64,000 nt of DNA, from IMG/VR virus record IMGVR_UViG_3300000304_000038; one strand, written 5' to 3'. The translations under genes and the position numbers were made by a program. This document shows, one piece after another, positions 38,394-49,314 of the stretch (position 1 is the stretch's first letter; every line of letters begins with the position of its first letter). This stretch comes from an uncultured virus (IMG/VR IMGVR_UViG_3300000304_000038). Lineage: Duplodnaviria; Heunggongvirae; Uroviricota; Caudoviricetes. The notes below the pieces were generated by a model. That model was not told the DNA's origin and ran no database searches. It was given only the letters and a program-made list of their open reading frames with translations.

Positions 38394-41300
38394 ATGTCTC
38401 TAGATGCGTTACTATCAAAGGATGCTCATATCGAGAATCCCGTTGTGTACGAGGAGATTACCCCTGATATCATCCAGAAAGACTTGGGTGCTTTGCGGAA
38501 GGTCATTGCCTATTGGAGAGTCTATCCCGACAAGTTCGTTGACTATCTGTGCTCTCTGAATCCCAACAATACCTTCAAGTTCTTCTTTTATCAGAGATTG
38601 TATTTGCGGGCGATGCTTAGATACAAGCATTGTTATCTTGTTTGTCCAAGAGGCTTTTCGAAGTCTTTTTTGGCGGTATTAGCTCTAATGCTAAAATGTA
38701 TCCTATATCCCGGCTCTAGTGTGTTTGTAGTATCTGGTGGTAATTGTCTTTGCTACCCCCATCAGTAATGATGGTGCTAAAAGTGCGGAACTAAGCGGGA
38801 AAGTCTGAGATGATAACCCGAACCGAAGGCTAGTCTAAGACTAGTCAGGGGCAGAGCATAGAAGGTGAAAAGATATAATCCTTCCACGAGTCCGCACCTC
38901 CTTTTTCCTAAAGGATGAAGAGTTATGCCCGTCTTGCGAGAATATGAATCGTAAGAGAGTAAGGATAAAAAGCCTTACTTTATCAAGATAAAGTGAAGGA
39001 ACAATCAGCAGGAATTCTAAGTAGTAAGCTTGGAGAGCTATGCAGACTTATTCCTGCATTAGAGAGAGAAATTATATGGGATACAAGAAAGAGTAATACC
39101 GCTCGTACTAGAGATACGAGAGATAGTGCGGTCTACACTTTCAAGAATGGTTCTTCCCTTGAAAATATTGCCATGACAGAGAAGACCCGAGGCCGAAGAT
39201 TTCAATCTGGCCTCATGGAAGAGGCTGCGACGCTAGACCAAGATATGCTAAATGAAGTGATTCTCCCTACATTAGTCGTACAAAGAACCATAAATGGGAT
39301 CGCAGACGAAAATGAGGTATCAAACCAGTCTCAGATATTCATCACATCTGCTGGCTATAAGAATACGTTTGCATACGAGAAGCTATTACAGTTCCTCTGT
39401 GAGAGCGTTGTGCGGCCAAATGAATCTATCGTGCTTGGAGATACGTGGCGTATTCCAGTCTACGAAAAACTTCAGCCACGAAACTTTATTGAGCAGCTAC
39501 GTATGGACGGTAAATCAATTGATTGTGCCGTAAAAGTTTTTAGAACGGGGAAGCCTAAGTCAAATAGGATATGGTAATCCCGTGGGAAAGCATTGAGATT
39601 ATTTTCAGGGAAGGAGTATAAAAATAAGCAAGGGAATTTATTGTTTTAGGAATAAAGAGAATGATAAATGTTATATTGGACAATCTACTAATATAGAATC
39701 AAGATATAAAGCGCATCTGCGGAATTACAAAAATAGAAATAGTAAAGAGTATCATAGTAAATTCTATAGGGCTTTGAGAAAATATACTCCTGATAATTTT
39801 ATATTTATGATATTGATTCAAGATGACTCTTTTTCCAAAAAAGATTTGAATACATTGGAAAAATATTTTATTAGTATAAATAATAGCTTTTGTAATGGGT
39901 ACAATAGTACCGAAGGGGGAGATTCTTACGGATACGGTGTATCCAGAATACTATCTTCACAAGATGTATTGGATATAAAAAATAGAATTATAAATTCTAC
40001 TGATTCATTTATTCAAATAGCCAAAGATTATAATGTTTCAGATTCTCTAATAGCTATGATAAATAATGGAAGAATCTGGAACAATTCTTCTGAATATATA
40101 TATCCTCTTAGAGTAAATGCTCATTTTAGAAATATAGGAGGAACTAATCCAAATTCAAAACTTTCAGATGAACAAGTTATGGATATTCGAAAACAATTTG
40201 TAGATAATACTCTTCCTGAATTATATAAGAAGTTAGAAGGAATTATTTCTTTTAGCGAGCTAAAGAAAATATTATACGGGAGTCAATTCAAACATCTTCC
40301 TATTTATCGTAAATATAAAAAACAGTGGGAACTCAATGGAACCTGTATCGACTATCCTAGTTTATAGGAGTAGATTATTCGTAATCGAAACAGACTTTTT
40401 TCTTATAGAAAATAAAATATAGTCAGTGCGTATGGAAACATACGAGTAACATGACGTTCAACGAGGCATCTTTCGACAGAGAGTTTGAGAGTAAGTGGGC
40501 CGGTGCGGTTGAGGGTGCCTTCTTTGACCTCGAACAATTCAACAAACATAGGGTCATCGAAATTCCAGAGAGTGAGCCTAATGGCCGCAACAGTGACAGG
40601 GCTTACTATGTCCTTGGGGTTGACGTTGGCCGACTAAATTGTACCACAGAAGTCATTGTTATGAAGGTGACTCCTGCTCCTACTGGGGCAGCTATCAAGC
40701 AGATAGTGAATCTGTATAGCTTTGACGAGGAACACTTCAGAGCACAGGCAATCAAAATCAAGAGAATCTTCAAAGAGTTCAAATGCAAGATTGCGGTTAT
40801 CGATGGAAATGGGTTATATAATTAGCTCATGTAAAATCTTCTAAATTGCTGGGATATCCTATTCAAGGACAATCAGCAGCCAATCTAACTAATATCAATC
40901 TAAAAACCTTTATTGGAGGTTTGTATTTATTATGAGAAAACTTATTTATAACCATAGATATGAATTCAAATATCCATATTATGTTGAAGAAAATGGAAAA
41001 ATTTGGAGTGAACGTACTCATAAGTATATGGCGATTTCTTTGGATAAAAACGGATACGAAAAAGTTTGTCTAATGGCAAAAGATGGACACAGGCATAGGT
41101 TTTCTGTCCATCGCCTTGTGCTAGAAAATTTTTGTCCAAGAGAAGATATGGCTAATTTACAGGTGAACCACAAGGATGGGAATAAGCGAAATAACAATTT
41201 AGATAACTTAGAATGGTGTACCTGTCAAGAAAATATTGATCATGCAGTAAGAATGAATCTTAGAGCAGACCAAAGAGGTGAAAACAATCCCTGCCATAAA

Positions 41301-42139
41301 ATAACTGAACAGCAAGCTAAAGAAATTATTGATTTGCTATTATCCAAAGAATATACTCAATCAGAAATTAGTAGGATGTATGGTTTATCGGATGATTATG
41401 CAGGGAACATCAAGAGGAAAAAATTGTGGAAATATCTTACAGAAGATATTGATTTTAGTTAGTAGGTTCAACGACTATGGCATATGCCAGTACATTCAAG
41501 TGAATGGAAACAGAAGAATAAGGAAGATATAGTCTAATCTATATAGTAATATATAGCAGTATTTTTATACGCATATCTTAGTAGCGACAAGATATGGAAT
41601 GTAATGTAGGTATTGGGCTTATAGACGAACTAGTGCTTGACCAAGAAGACCCAGATACGGGAGAGCTTCTACCCAATCTTGGTGTCTACAATGATGATGA
41701 AGGCAAATACAAGAAGTTCGAGAACGAGAATACCATCAAGGCCGCGATGTATATTATGAAGGCTAATATCAACATCAACACGGAACTCTATGCTTACACT
41801 CAGGCTCAGATGCGGTCTGGCAAGCTCAGATTTCTCATTGACGAAGATAGAGCCAAGGTAAAGCTTCAAGGTCAAACGCAGTACAAGCGTATGAACTCTG
41901 ATAAGAGAGCTGAGTATCTGCGGCCATATGTTATGACTTCGATTCTCAGAGACCAGCTAATGAATTTGGTCCAAGAGAACGAAGGTGTCAACATTATCTT
42001 GAAGCAGCTCAGCAAGACAATCAAGAAGGACAAGTTCTCCGCTCTCATTTATGCGCTCTATTGGCCGATGCAAGAGGAGCGGAACAAGAAGAAGAAGCGT
42101 TTCGACGCCTCTAAGATGATGCTGTTCACTCGCTCATAG
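38394..42139 (+). CDS. terL: terminase large subunit, 4 exons (38394-38741, 38996-39511, 40454-40814, 41607-42139; 585 aa spliced)
   Basis: Walker A PRGFSKS, Walker B-like GLMEEA, coupling ITSAG, RNase H-like GVDVG, DGNGLG, KDKFSA; exon lengths sum to 1758 nt. Confidence 0.9.
38742..38995 (+). mobile_element. group I intron terL-I1 (254 nt, no ORF)
   Basis: P1 GGUGGU/GCUACC with U-G; P7 GCAUAG/UUAUGC; terminal G; splicing gives SGG-KEQ. Confidence 0.85.
39512..40453 (+). mobile_element. group I intron terL-I2 (942 nt) with GIY-YIG ORF
   Basis: P1 ACGGU/GCCGU; AUCGACUAU and AAAUAUAGUC; splicing gives MDG-TFNEASF. Confidence 0.88.
39624..40367 (+). CDS. intron-encoded GIY-YIG homing endonuclease
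   Basis: GIYCFRNKENDKCYIGQS...R...H...GYN..GG; frame begins at ATA after AAGGAG SD. Confidence 0.85.
   Translation: MSKGIYCFRNKENDKCYIGQSTNIESRYKAHLRNYKNRNSKEYHSKFYRALRKYTPDNFIFMILIQDDSFSKKDLNTLEKYFISINNSFCNGYNSTEGGDSYGYGVSRILSSQDVLDIKNRIINSTDSFIQIAKDYNVSDSLIAMINNGRIWNNSSEYIYPLRVNAHFRNIGGTNPNSKLSDEQVMDIRKQFVDNTLPELYKKLEGIISFSELKKILYGSQFKHLPIYRKYKKQWELNGTCIDYPSL
40815..41606 (+). mobile_element. group I intron terL-I3 (792 nt) with HNH ORF
   Basis: P1 AUGGGU/GCUCAU; AAUUGCUGGG, AAUCAGCAG, UUCAACGACUA, AAGAUAUAGUCU; splicing gives DGNG-LGIGLID. Confidence 0.88.
40932..41462 (+). CDS. intron-encoded HNH homing endonuclease
   Basis: VHRLV...VNHKDGNKRNNNLDNLEWCT..EN. Confidence 0.9.
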   Translation: MRKLIYNHRYEFKYPYYVEENGKIWSERTHKYMAISLDKNGYEKVCLMAKDGHRHRFSVHRLVLENFCPREDMANLQVNHKDGNKRNNNLDNLEWCTCQENIDHAVRMNLRADQRGENNPCHKITEQQAKEIIDLLLSKEYTQSEISRMYGLSDDYAGNIKRKKLWKYLTEDIDFS

Positions 42140-42224
42140 GTGCGGGCAAAAGCTAGTTATTATGTTTTGTTCTTTTTGATAGTTATTGATTGTACGTTTT
42201 TATACAAAAAGGGGGTAGTCCGCA

Positions 42225-42584
42225 ATGCGTTCGTCAGTAGGGGAGGTAAAGATATTCAATGTGCTGACCGATTGCGGGCTACCCTTTGAAGAAGAATATG
42301 AGTTTGCGGATTTGGTCTCCTCAAACGGGAGACATCTCCGCTTTGATTTTGCGGTCTTTGATAAGAGTGGCCGCATAGCATTTCTGATAGAGTTTCAAGG
42401 GAAGCAACACTATATTCCAATCAAGGCTTTTGGCGGCGAGAAGGGCTTTCACAAGCAGAGAGCCAACGACCGCAAGAAGCGAGAATATTGTTTGAAGCAT
42501 GGATATAACTTGGTCTCGATACCCTATTGGGACGAGAGTAAGATATCCTATGATTATATCATGCAAGCCGCAGGATATAGGTAA
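42225..42584 (+). CDS. small PD-(D/E)xK-like endonuclease
   Basis: SxGE...LRFDFAV...IEFQGKQHY...D.KK.EYC...IPY. Confidence 0.7.
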   Translation: MRSSVGEVKIFNVLTDCGLPFEEEYEFADLVSSNGRHLRFDFAVFDKSGRIAFLIEFQGKQHYIPIKAFGGEKGFHKQRANDRKKREYCLKHGYNLVSIPYWDESKISYDYIMQAAGYR

Positions 42585-42594
42585 AGGAGGTGTA

Positions 42595-44187
42595 ATGGCA
42601 TACGTAAGAACAGAGAGTGGGCGCGAGAAGATCGACCCAAGCAAGGTGCAAGGTTCCAATATAGACTATAACAAGATACGGGTCGGAGCCAAGTCTCTCA
42701 GAGACGATGCCTTCTTGGAGCAGGATTTCTTTGCGGCCTCTCGTAATCGCAGATATAAGAAGAAGGATGTTCTTGATGCCATCAGCAGAAAAGACCTACC
42801 TGTTTTGCGGGCAATATCAAATTACTTCTTTGAGAAGAGCGGTATCTATGAGCGTCTTTGTAAGTATATCGCTCATTTCTATCGCTATGACTTGTTCGTG
42901 ACACCCGTTCAATATGATAAGAAGGTGCCGCAGAATAAGGTCATAGATGGTTGGTACCGAGCCTGTCTATATCTTGAGAATTCCAAGTTGAAGAAGACGT
43001 TCAACGAGATAGCTATAAAGGTTCTTCGTAATGGTTGCTACTATGGTTATCTATACCGTCAGAGTGACAAGGCTTTCTTGCAGGAGCTACCATTGAACTA
43101 CTGTCGCTCTCGTTACTCTTGGAACGGCAGACCTGCGGTCGAGTTCAATGTCAAATACTTTGATGATAAGTTTGCGGACAGTGAGTACCGTGTGCGAATA
43201 ATCAAGATGTTCCCAAAGGAAATCCAGAAGGCATACATTGATTACAAGAACGGCACTCTGCCGCAAGACTTCAACGGAGATGCACGTGGTTGGGTTCTCT
43301 TGGACCCGACTCTGACCGTGAAGTTCAATATAGACGATTCAGATATGCCGTTGTTCGTCTCTGTGGTGCCGCATCTTATGGACTTGGAAGATGCCCAAGA
43401 GATAGACAAGAAGAAGATGGCACAGCAGATTCTAAAGATTATCGTCCAGAAATTCCCATTGGACAAGAATATGGATCTGGTATTTGACTTGGACGAGATG
43501 AATGCCTTCCACCGCATGGCTGTCAACATGATTGGTGATGCGATTGGCGTTGACGTTCTATCCACACTTGCGGATGTTGACGTTCTTGACATGGCTGACA
43601 ACAACAACGTCAGTTCCGTTGACCAACTAGATAAGGTTGAGAGAACCGTTTATAACGAGTCTGGTACGTCTCAGGCTCTATTCAACAGTGAGGGCAGCGT
43701 GGCTCTTGAGAAGTCCGTTCTCAATGACGAGGCAAGCATTCTTGATTTGATTTATCAGTTCGAGGAGTTTGCGGAAAATCTTATCGCCCCTCTGAACAAG
43801 AACATCAAGAAGAAGCTTATCTATCGTGTGAATATGCTTCCTACTACAGTATATAATTACAAAGACCTGTCTGACAAGTATCGTGAACAGACTATGCTTG
43901 GATTCTCTAAGCTACTACCTGCGGTTGCTCTTGGAATACCTCAGACGGTAGTTATTGCGAACGCTATATTCGAGAATCAGATGCTAAAGTTGGACGAGGT
44001 GTTTATCCCGCCGCAGATGTCCTCTACTATGAGTGCTAACCAAGAGAAAGAGGATGAAGAGAATCAAGATGATAAGCAATCTTCTGCGGCCGATGTTATA
44101 GAACCTGCCGACAAGGGCGGCAGACCGGAATTGAAAACGGAAGAGAAGTCTGAAAAGACCGTCCGTAATATCGAAGCAGAACAGTAA
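42595..44187 (+). CDS. portal protein
   Basis: About 530 aa after terL, acidic tail with GGRP; AAAGGAGG SD; call based on size and position. Confidence 0.75.
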   Translation: MAYVRTESGREKIDPSKVQGSNIDYNKIRVGAKSLRDDAFLEQDFFAASRNRRYKKKDVLDAISRKDLPVLRAISNYFFEKSGIYERLCKYIAHFYRYDLFVTPVQYDKKVPQNKVIDGWYRACLYLENSKLKKTFNEIAIKVLRNGCYYGYLYRQSDKAFLQELPLNYCRSRYSWNGRPAVEFNVKYFDDKFADSEYRVRIIKMFPKEIQKAYIDYKNGTLPQDFNGDARGWVLLDPTLTVKFNIDDSDMPLFVSVVPHLMDLEDAQEIDKKKMAQQILKIIVQKFPLDKNMDLVFDLDEMNAFHRMAVNMIGDAIGVDVLSTLADVDVLDMADNNNVSSVDQLDKVERTVYNESGTSQALFNSEGSVALEKSVLNDEASILDLIYQFEEFAENLIAPLNKNIKKKLIYRVNMLPTTVYNYKDLSDKYREQTMLGFSKLLPAVALGIPQTVVIANAIFENQMLKLDEVFIPPQMSSTMSANQEKEDEENQDDKQSSAADVIEPADKGGRPELKTEEKSEKTVRNIEAEQ

Positions 44188-44199
44188 GGGAGGTTGTGT

Positions 44200-45579
44200 A
44201 TGCTATCTAATCGTTCTGTTGCGACGATTGACGGTCCTGAGTTCATAGACATAAAGCCGTTCAATCCGCTTATTTCAGAATGCCAGATAAAGGTATTATA
44301 TCTGGGAAAGAATCGTAATGGTTCTTATATTGATAAAAACACTGCCATTCAAATGGCTAACTCATTGCCGGGTACACCTATCGTTGGAGTTTGGCGCAAG
44401 GATATCGAGGACTTTGGAGACCACGGACACGTTATCACTATCGAAGACGGCGAGGTAAAATTCGCTTGCAAGACGGTTCCCTATGGTTTTGTTGCCCCTG
44501 ATGCAAAGGTATGGTTCCAGAAGTTCATTGATACCGACGAGTTCGGCAACGAGACCGAGCGTGAATATATGGTGACTACTGGATACCTTTGGACAGGACA
44601 ATATGAGGAAGCCATGAAGGTCATCAAAGAGGGACAGCCTCAATCGATGGAGCTTGATGATGAAACGCTAGATGGGCATTGGGCAAATGACAGTGAATCC
44701 GGCATGGACTTTTTCATTATCAATGATGCTATGTTCAGTAAACTCTGCATACTAGGAGATGATGTTGAACCTTGTTTTGAGGGCGCTTCTGTCACCTCTC
44801 CTGACTTTGCGGCTGATACTGAATTCACGCATACACTATATTCTATGATTCGAGAACTTCAAGATGCTATTGGCAACAGAGAAGGAGGGTTGAATAATAT
44901 GCCAAAGGATTTTACAGTTACCTCTGAGGGGGAGCAAGTCGAGACTGTCGAAGAGGCAGTTGAGGTAGAGGCTCCAGCCGAGGAAGTAGAGGTTGAGACT
45001 CAACCTGAACCAGAAGAGGAGACTCAGACCGAAGCTGAAGTCGAGGCTGAGGACACTGTTGCTGAAGATACGGCTTCTGGTGAGTTCGTAGAAAAGAAGA
45101 AGGAGGAGACTTCCGAGACCGAAGACAATGACGAAAAGGACGAGGAAGAGCAGACTCCTGAAGATGATGATGAAGAGGATATTGTTGACAGCAAGAAGAA
45201 GCGTTGTTCTTTAGAGAACGAGGAGGACAAGCTCGCGGCCATTGAGGCTGAGCTAGAAGAGCTTCGTGCCTTCAAGCGTTCTGTTGAGAACAAGGAGAAG
45301 GACGCTCTAATCAACAAGTATCATATGCTTTCCGACGAAGAGAAGGCAGAGGTTGTTGCGCACAAGGAGGAATATACCCTAGAGCAGATTGACGAGAAGC
45401 TTGCTCTTATCTATGTCCGCAATAACGTTGATTTCTCTACTGTTGATGGTCATCCTCAGACAGAGGAGAGTGGTGCGGCTGAGGCCGGTATCCTGAACTT
45501 CTCTCTGAACGATGGTGATAATGCGGGAGATGTTGTAGACGAGCTTCAACAGGCTCTCCGTAAAATGAAAGAGAACTAA
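44200..45579 (+). CDS. prohead protease / scaffold fusion
   Basis: NRNGS, H, QSME, LCILG..VEPCF protease motifs, then an acidic coiled-coil region. Confidence 0.75.
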   Translation: MLSNRSVATIDGPEFIDIKPFNPLISECQIKVLYLGKNRNGSYIDKNTAIQMANSLPGTPIVGVWRKDIEDFGDHGHVITIEDGEVKFACKTVPYGFVAPDAKVWFQKFIDTDEFGNETEREYMVTTGYLWTGQYEEAMKVIKEGQPQSMELDDETLDGHWANDSESGMDFFIINDAMFSKLCILGDDVEPCFEGASVTSPDFAADTEFTHTLYSMIRELQDAIGNREGGLNNMPKDFTVTSEGEQVETVEEAVEVEAPAEEVEVETQPEPEEETQTEAEVEAEDTVAEDTASGEFVEKKKEETSETEDNDEKDEEEQTPEDDDEEDIVDSKKKRCSLENEEDKLAAIEAELEELRAFKRSVENKEKDALINKYHMLSDEEKAEVVAHKEEYTLEQIDEKLALIYVRNNVDFSTVDGHPQTEESGAAEAGILNFSLNDGDNAGDVVDELQQALRKMKEN

Positions 45580-45607
45580 TTCAAAAAGAAGGAGGAAAAG
45601 ACAAGCT

Positions 45608-46126
45608 ATGGCTATTACAATTGCTGCTGCTTCTGTACTTGGTTATCGCCAAGTAGAGGACAATCACCTGTCTGCCAAGCGTGATGGTCGCGTTTACGCA
45701 CAGCTTCCCGCAGCCAGCTCTATCGAGAAGCTAGAGCAGGGCACCTTCGTAAAATACGATTACGAAAATGGGGAGGTCAACTTCACCGGTGATGGTCCTT
45801 GGATGATGGTTTACAACGAGGAGAAGCTCTATGACGAGCGTCACCAGATGCACCGTGACTATGCTATGCTAAAGTCTGACAGCTACGATGGTGTTATGAC
45901 TCCCCGTGTTCTTGGTATGGTCGCTGGAGACCTTTTCACCACCAACAACCTCGCTGATGGCGAGTATACTCTTGGTGACGAGGTTGCTCCTAACGCCACT
46001 GGTATTCTAGACAAGACCGCTGCTGCTGCTGCTAAGAGCGCTGGCACCCTTGTTTGTAAGGTTGTCAAGGAATACACTCTTCCTGATATGCAGCCCGCAG
46101 TGAAGCTACAAGTAATTCAGGCGTAA
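45608..46126 (+). CDS. head decoration / minor capsid protein
   Basis: Between scaffold and capsid genes; strong SD; high-expression codon bias. Confidence 0.6.
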   Translation: MAITIAAASVLGYRQVEDNHLSAKRDGRVYAQLPAASSIEKLEQGTFVKYDYENGEVNFTGDGPWMMVYNEEKLYDERHQMHRDYAMLKSDSYDGVMTPRVLGMVAGDLFTTNNLADGEYTLGDEVAPNATGILDKTAAAAAKSAGTLVCKVVKEYTLPDMQPAVKLQVIQA

Positions 46127-46144
46127 GAGAGGAGGAAATAGATA

Positions 46145-47179
46145 ATGGAATTCGCTAATCTAAAGAAGCTTGCTAAGGCTGCTATGCACAAGGCTCCTCT
46201 CTCCTACTCTGCCGACGAGAGCTATTCTGCTATTGAGGTAGACAATCTACTCCGTAAGGAACTCAATGAGTGGGTGCCTAACTACTATGAGTACAAGCGT
46301 CACGAGCTTGACCTATTCGAGCTAATCTCTGAGGCTATTGACGAGGTTCTTCCTCAGAAGGTTGAACAACAGTACATGCAGTTCGCTGATGTTCGTACCG
46401 TTGCTCAGGGCCAGAAGGTCGTATTCCGTCAGCGCATTACCGAGGCCGCTCGTAAGCGTGCCAAGACCTTCGTAACTCGCGTCGGTCTTGCTGGTCGTTA
46501 CGAGACCTTCATGCTTGATGGTACCGAGCTAACCGTTACTACTGATGCTATTGGTGCGGCTTATAAGCTTGGTCTAGAGGAGTTCCTCGATGGTCGTTAC
46601 ACCTTCGCTGACCTTGCTGACATTGTTCTTGAGGGTATGGACGAGTACATTTATCGTGTCATTGCCGAGGCTCTTGCCAGCTTTGTCACCCAGCTTCCTG
46701 CTGCTAACAAGGCTACTTCCAATGGCTTTGACGAGAAGCTAATGGACCGTCTACTTGCTATCTCTGATTCCTACTACAATGGCACCTCTGCCATCTACTG
46801 CACCAAGGAATTTGCCATGAACATGATTCCTTCTGAGAATCGTATGTCCAGTAGCATGAAGGACGAGCTATGGACTGGTGCTGGTCACTTTGGTACCTAC
46901 AAGGGCCACGCTGTAATCATCCTCGCTCAGTCTATGGTTGATGCCACCAACGCCGAGAAGGTAATTGATCCTTCCAACGCCTACATCATTCCTACTGGTG
47001 CCGAGAAGCCCGTCAAGCTCGCTTTTGAGGGTCAGACTCTAATCAAGAATGTTGACCAGAACCAGAACGATGATTGGTCTACTGACATCCAGACCTACAA
47101 GAAGTTTGGTATGGCAATTCTCGCCAATCCTGCTATCTGCTGGTTCAAGGATACCTCTCTCAAGAAGGAAACTGTTTGA
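46145..47179 (+). CDS. major capsid protein
   Basis: 344 aa, strong SD, high-expression codon bias, position in head module. Confidence 0.8.
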   Translation: MEFANLKKLAKAAMHKAPLSYSADESYSAIEVDNLLRKELNEWVPNYYEYKRHELDLFELISEAIDEVLPQKVEQQYMQFADVRTVAQGQKVVFRQRITEAARKRAKTFVTRVGLAGRYETFMLDGTELTVTTDAIGAAYKLGLEEFLDGRYTFADLADIVLEGMDEYIYRVIAEALASFVTQLPAANKATSNGFDEKLMDRLLAISDSYYNGTSAIYCTKEFAMNMIPSENRMSSSMKDELWTGAGHFGTYKGHAVIILAQSMVDATNAEKVIDPSNAYIIPTGAEKPVKLAFEGQTLIKNVDQNQNDDWSTDIQTYKKFGMAILANPAICWFKDTSLKKETV

Positions 47180-47827
47180 GTAGACCCTGAGCCAGAGCCT
47201 CCTGAGCCTGACACTGAGGCTGAGGTTGGGACTCTGGAGGAGTTAGACACTGCTCTGGCAGATACCAACATTGAGACCATTTATCTAACTGGTGATATCA
47301 CTTCTGATTCTCCGGTCAATGTGACTCGTGCGGTGACTCTTGATGGACGAAACCACAAGCTATCCTTTAGCAATACTGGTCAGGCCGCAAATCTAGTAGT
47401 CACTGGCAGTGGCGCGGTCGTTACAAATCTGACGGTTGAGAACACTGCTGATAACGAGGAATGGACCGGAACATATTGTGTCCAGTTCTACAACGGCACA
47501 TATGATATTTCCCATATTACCGCCACTGGCGGCAATGCTGGTATCATTGTAAACGGTTCCACGGCAACTATTGGTAAGGGCGTGGACGTATCCGGCAACG
47601 TCTTTGGAGGAATTGAAGTGTCCAAGGGTACACAGCCGGGACTTGGCGATGCTCAACTAACAATCAATTCTACCATCACCAACACGACCGAAGCTTATGG
47701 CAAGCCAACGGTTTGGATTGATGGCGAAGGTGCGACTGTAGTTGATAACACTGGTATGACCTCTACCACCGAAGTAAAGGAAGACCAGACTCAGTATTAT
47801 CTAGATGCTGGGAACGCCACTCAATAA
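47180..47827 (+). CDS. in-frame C-terminal extension of the capsid gene (beta-rich domain), candidate UGA readthrough product
   Basis: Frame stays open directly after TGA: VDPEPEPPEPDTE linker then a T/G/N-rich domain; no SD before GTG 47321. Confidence 0.65.
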   Translation, partial: VDPEPEPPEPDTEAEVGTLEELDTALADTNIETIYLTGDITSDSPVNVTRAVTLDGRNHKLSFSNTGQAANLVVTGSGAVVTNLTVENTADNEEWTGTYCVQFYNGTYDISHITATGGNAGIIVNGSTATIGKGVDVSGNVFGGIEVSKGTQPGLGDAQLTINSTITNTTEAYGKPTVWIDGEGATVVDNTGMTSTTEVKEDQTQYYLDAGNATQ

Positions 47828-47834
47828 ACTTTAG

Positions 47835-47866
47835 AGGGGGAGGGAGTTCGCTCCCTTCCCCTTTTT
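47835..47866 (+). terminator. intrinsic terminator after the capsid extension
   Basis: GGGGAGGGAG-TTCG-CTCCCTTCCCC followed by T-tract. Confidence 0.8.
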
Positions 47867-47903
47867 ATTTTTATCCAATTCGGAGTCAAAAGGAGAACAA
47901 ATT

Positions 47904-48500
47904 ATGTCTAATACTGTTGATGTTTCTATCGTTGCCGACGATACCATGATTCCTGTACGCAATCTTACTGATTATCCGGTAGCCTATCATGTTCCTTCTC
48001 TTGGAGACCTTCGTCGTGAGATTCCACCTCGCGGCGTGATTCGTGTTACGGCTGGCGAACTTCGTCAACTAAACTATGAGCTTGGTGGTTCTATTCTTCT
48101 GAGAGATTATCTAAACGTTGGCAATTCCAATCTTGCACAAGAATTTGGTGTCTCTGCTGACACTGTTGAATATAACTGGACTATGGCCGATATCGACAAG
48201 GCTCTTACCACTGACCCCATCGAGGTTCTCATGGATGCTATGGATTTCGCTCCCGAGGGTATCAAGGAGACAATCGCCAAGAGGGCTGTTGAGCTAGAGA
48301 TTTCTGATACGAATCGTCGCAAGGTCATTACCGAGGGTTCTGATTATGATATCGATACCATGATAAAGAACAAAGAGTCCATTGAAGCCAACGAGGAGCC
48401 GAAGGAAGAGAAGAAGACTACGACTCGCCGTCGCAGCTCTTCTACTGGAACCAAGACTCGTCGTGCGGCCACCACTAAAAAGACCGCAACCGCTGAGTAG
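47904..48500 (+). CDS. virion morphogenesis hypothetical protein
   Basis: 198 aa, basic C-terminal tail, AAAGGAG SD. Confidence 0.65.
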   Translation: MSNTVDVSIVADDTMIPVRNLTDYPVAYHVPSLGDLRREIPPRGVIRVTAGELRQLNYELGGSILLRDYLNVGNSNLAQEFGVSADTVEYNWTMADIDKALTTDPIEVLMDAMDFAPEGIKETIAKRAVELEISDTNRRKVITEGSDYDIDTMIKNKESIEANEEPKEEKKTTTRRRSSSTGTKTRRAATTKKTATAE

Positions 48501-48521
48501 TTAGGATTGGAGGGGTCGTGT

Positions 48522-48995
48522 ATGGGTGATTCCTCACAGTACACTACTTTTCAAGAGGTGTATGATTTCTTCCTTGCTGGCATTACCGATGACATGTTCA
48601 TGGAGCTGACCAAGGAAGATACTATGGAAATGTTAGAGGAGATTCTCTTGGCGGCTCTTCCGCATTTCGAATTTCCTCGTAAGGATATCTTTGATTTGGA
48701 TATGGAAAAGAAGCGCTTCAAATGTAAACTGACGCTAGAGGAGAAGCGTATCATCCGTTCCTATATGGTTATGGAATGGATAAATTTCCAGCTTGCTAGT
48801 GTCGAGAATGTGCGGCAAAAGTATAGTGGTTCCGATTTTAGCTTTACTTCCCAAGCATCTCATATGCAAAGACTTATCTCTTTGCGGGATGTTTATAAGA
48901 CGGAAGGCTACCATTTACAGAGGTTGTATTGTCGTAGAAAGCCAGAGAAAGGTGGATATGGGTCTACCTTTGAGCGCATTATGGATGTGAGCTAA
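48522..48995 (+). CDS. putative head-tail adaptor
   Basis: Position and size. Confidence 0.5.
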   Translation: MGDSSQYTTFQEVYDFFLAGITDDMFMELTKEDTMEMLEEILLAALPHFEFPRKDIFDLDMEKKRFKCKLTLEEKRIIRSYMVMEWINFQLASVENVRQKYSGSDFSFTSQASHMQRLISLRDVYKTEGYHLQRLYCRRKPEKGGYGSTFERIMDVS

Positions 48996-48996
48996 A

Positions 48997-49305
48997 ATGG
49001 TTTGGGAAAATTATGATAAGAAGGTAGCCGCCGCAAATCTTCACAGATTGGTAGGCCAAGTATATCGTCTTCTTCCCGCGAGAGAAGAGGGAGAAGATTG
49101 GATGAAGCCACTTGAGACTCTTATCAATGAGCTTATTGGTATGTTCAATCTTCTGCCTGATTTGCCTACAGGTCTCACTGCGGCGAGCAAGCTCGAAGGG
49201 TTATATCAAAGAGGCCAAGAGGTAGAGTTTGCAAACTATCGCCGCACCATCTTTGAGTGTTGCACCATTCTTTCCAAACTTGAACAGTCTCTCTTGGAAG
49301 AGTAG
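48997..49305 (+). CDS. hypothetical protein
   Basis: Coupled 102 aa ORF. Confidence 0.6.
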   Translation: MVWENYDKKVAAANLHRLVGQVYRLLPAREEGEDWMKPLETLINELIGMFNLLPDLPTGLTAASKLEGLYQRGQEVEFANYRRTIFECCTILSKLEQSLLEE

Positions 49306-49314
49306 GTGATAGCC

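Noticed and set aside
38175..42139. Terminase as a fragmented pseudogene or intein-containing gene
   Set aside because: Each break has group I P1/P7 elements and a terminal G, and removal restores the frame and motifs; no intein signatures
46145..47827. Genome-wide UGA reassignment
   Set aside because: Other genes end normally at TGA (e.g. 36939, 38392) and long genes are not fragmented under the standard code; no suppressor tRNA seen
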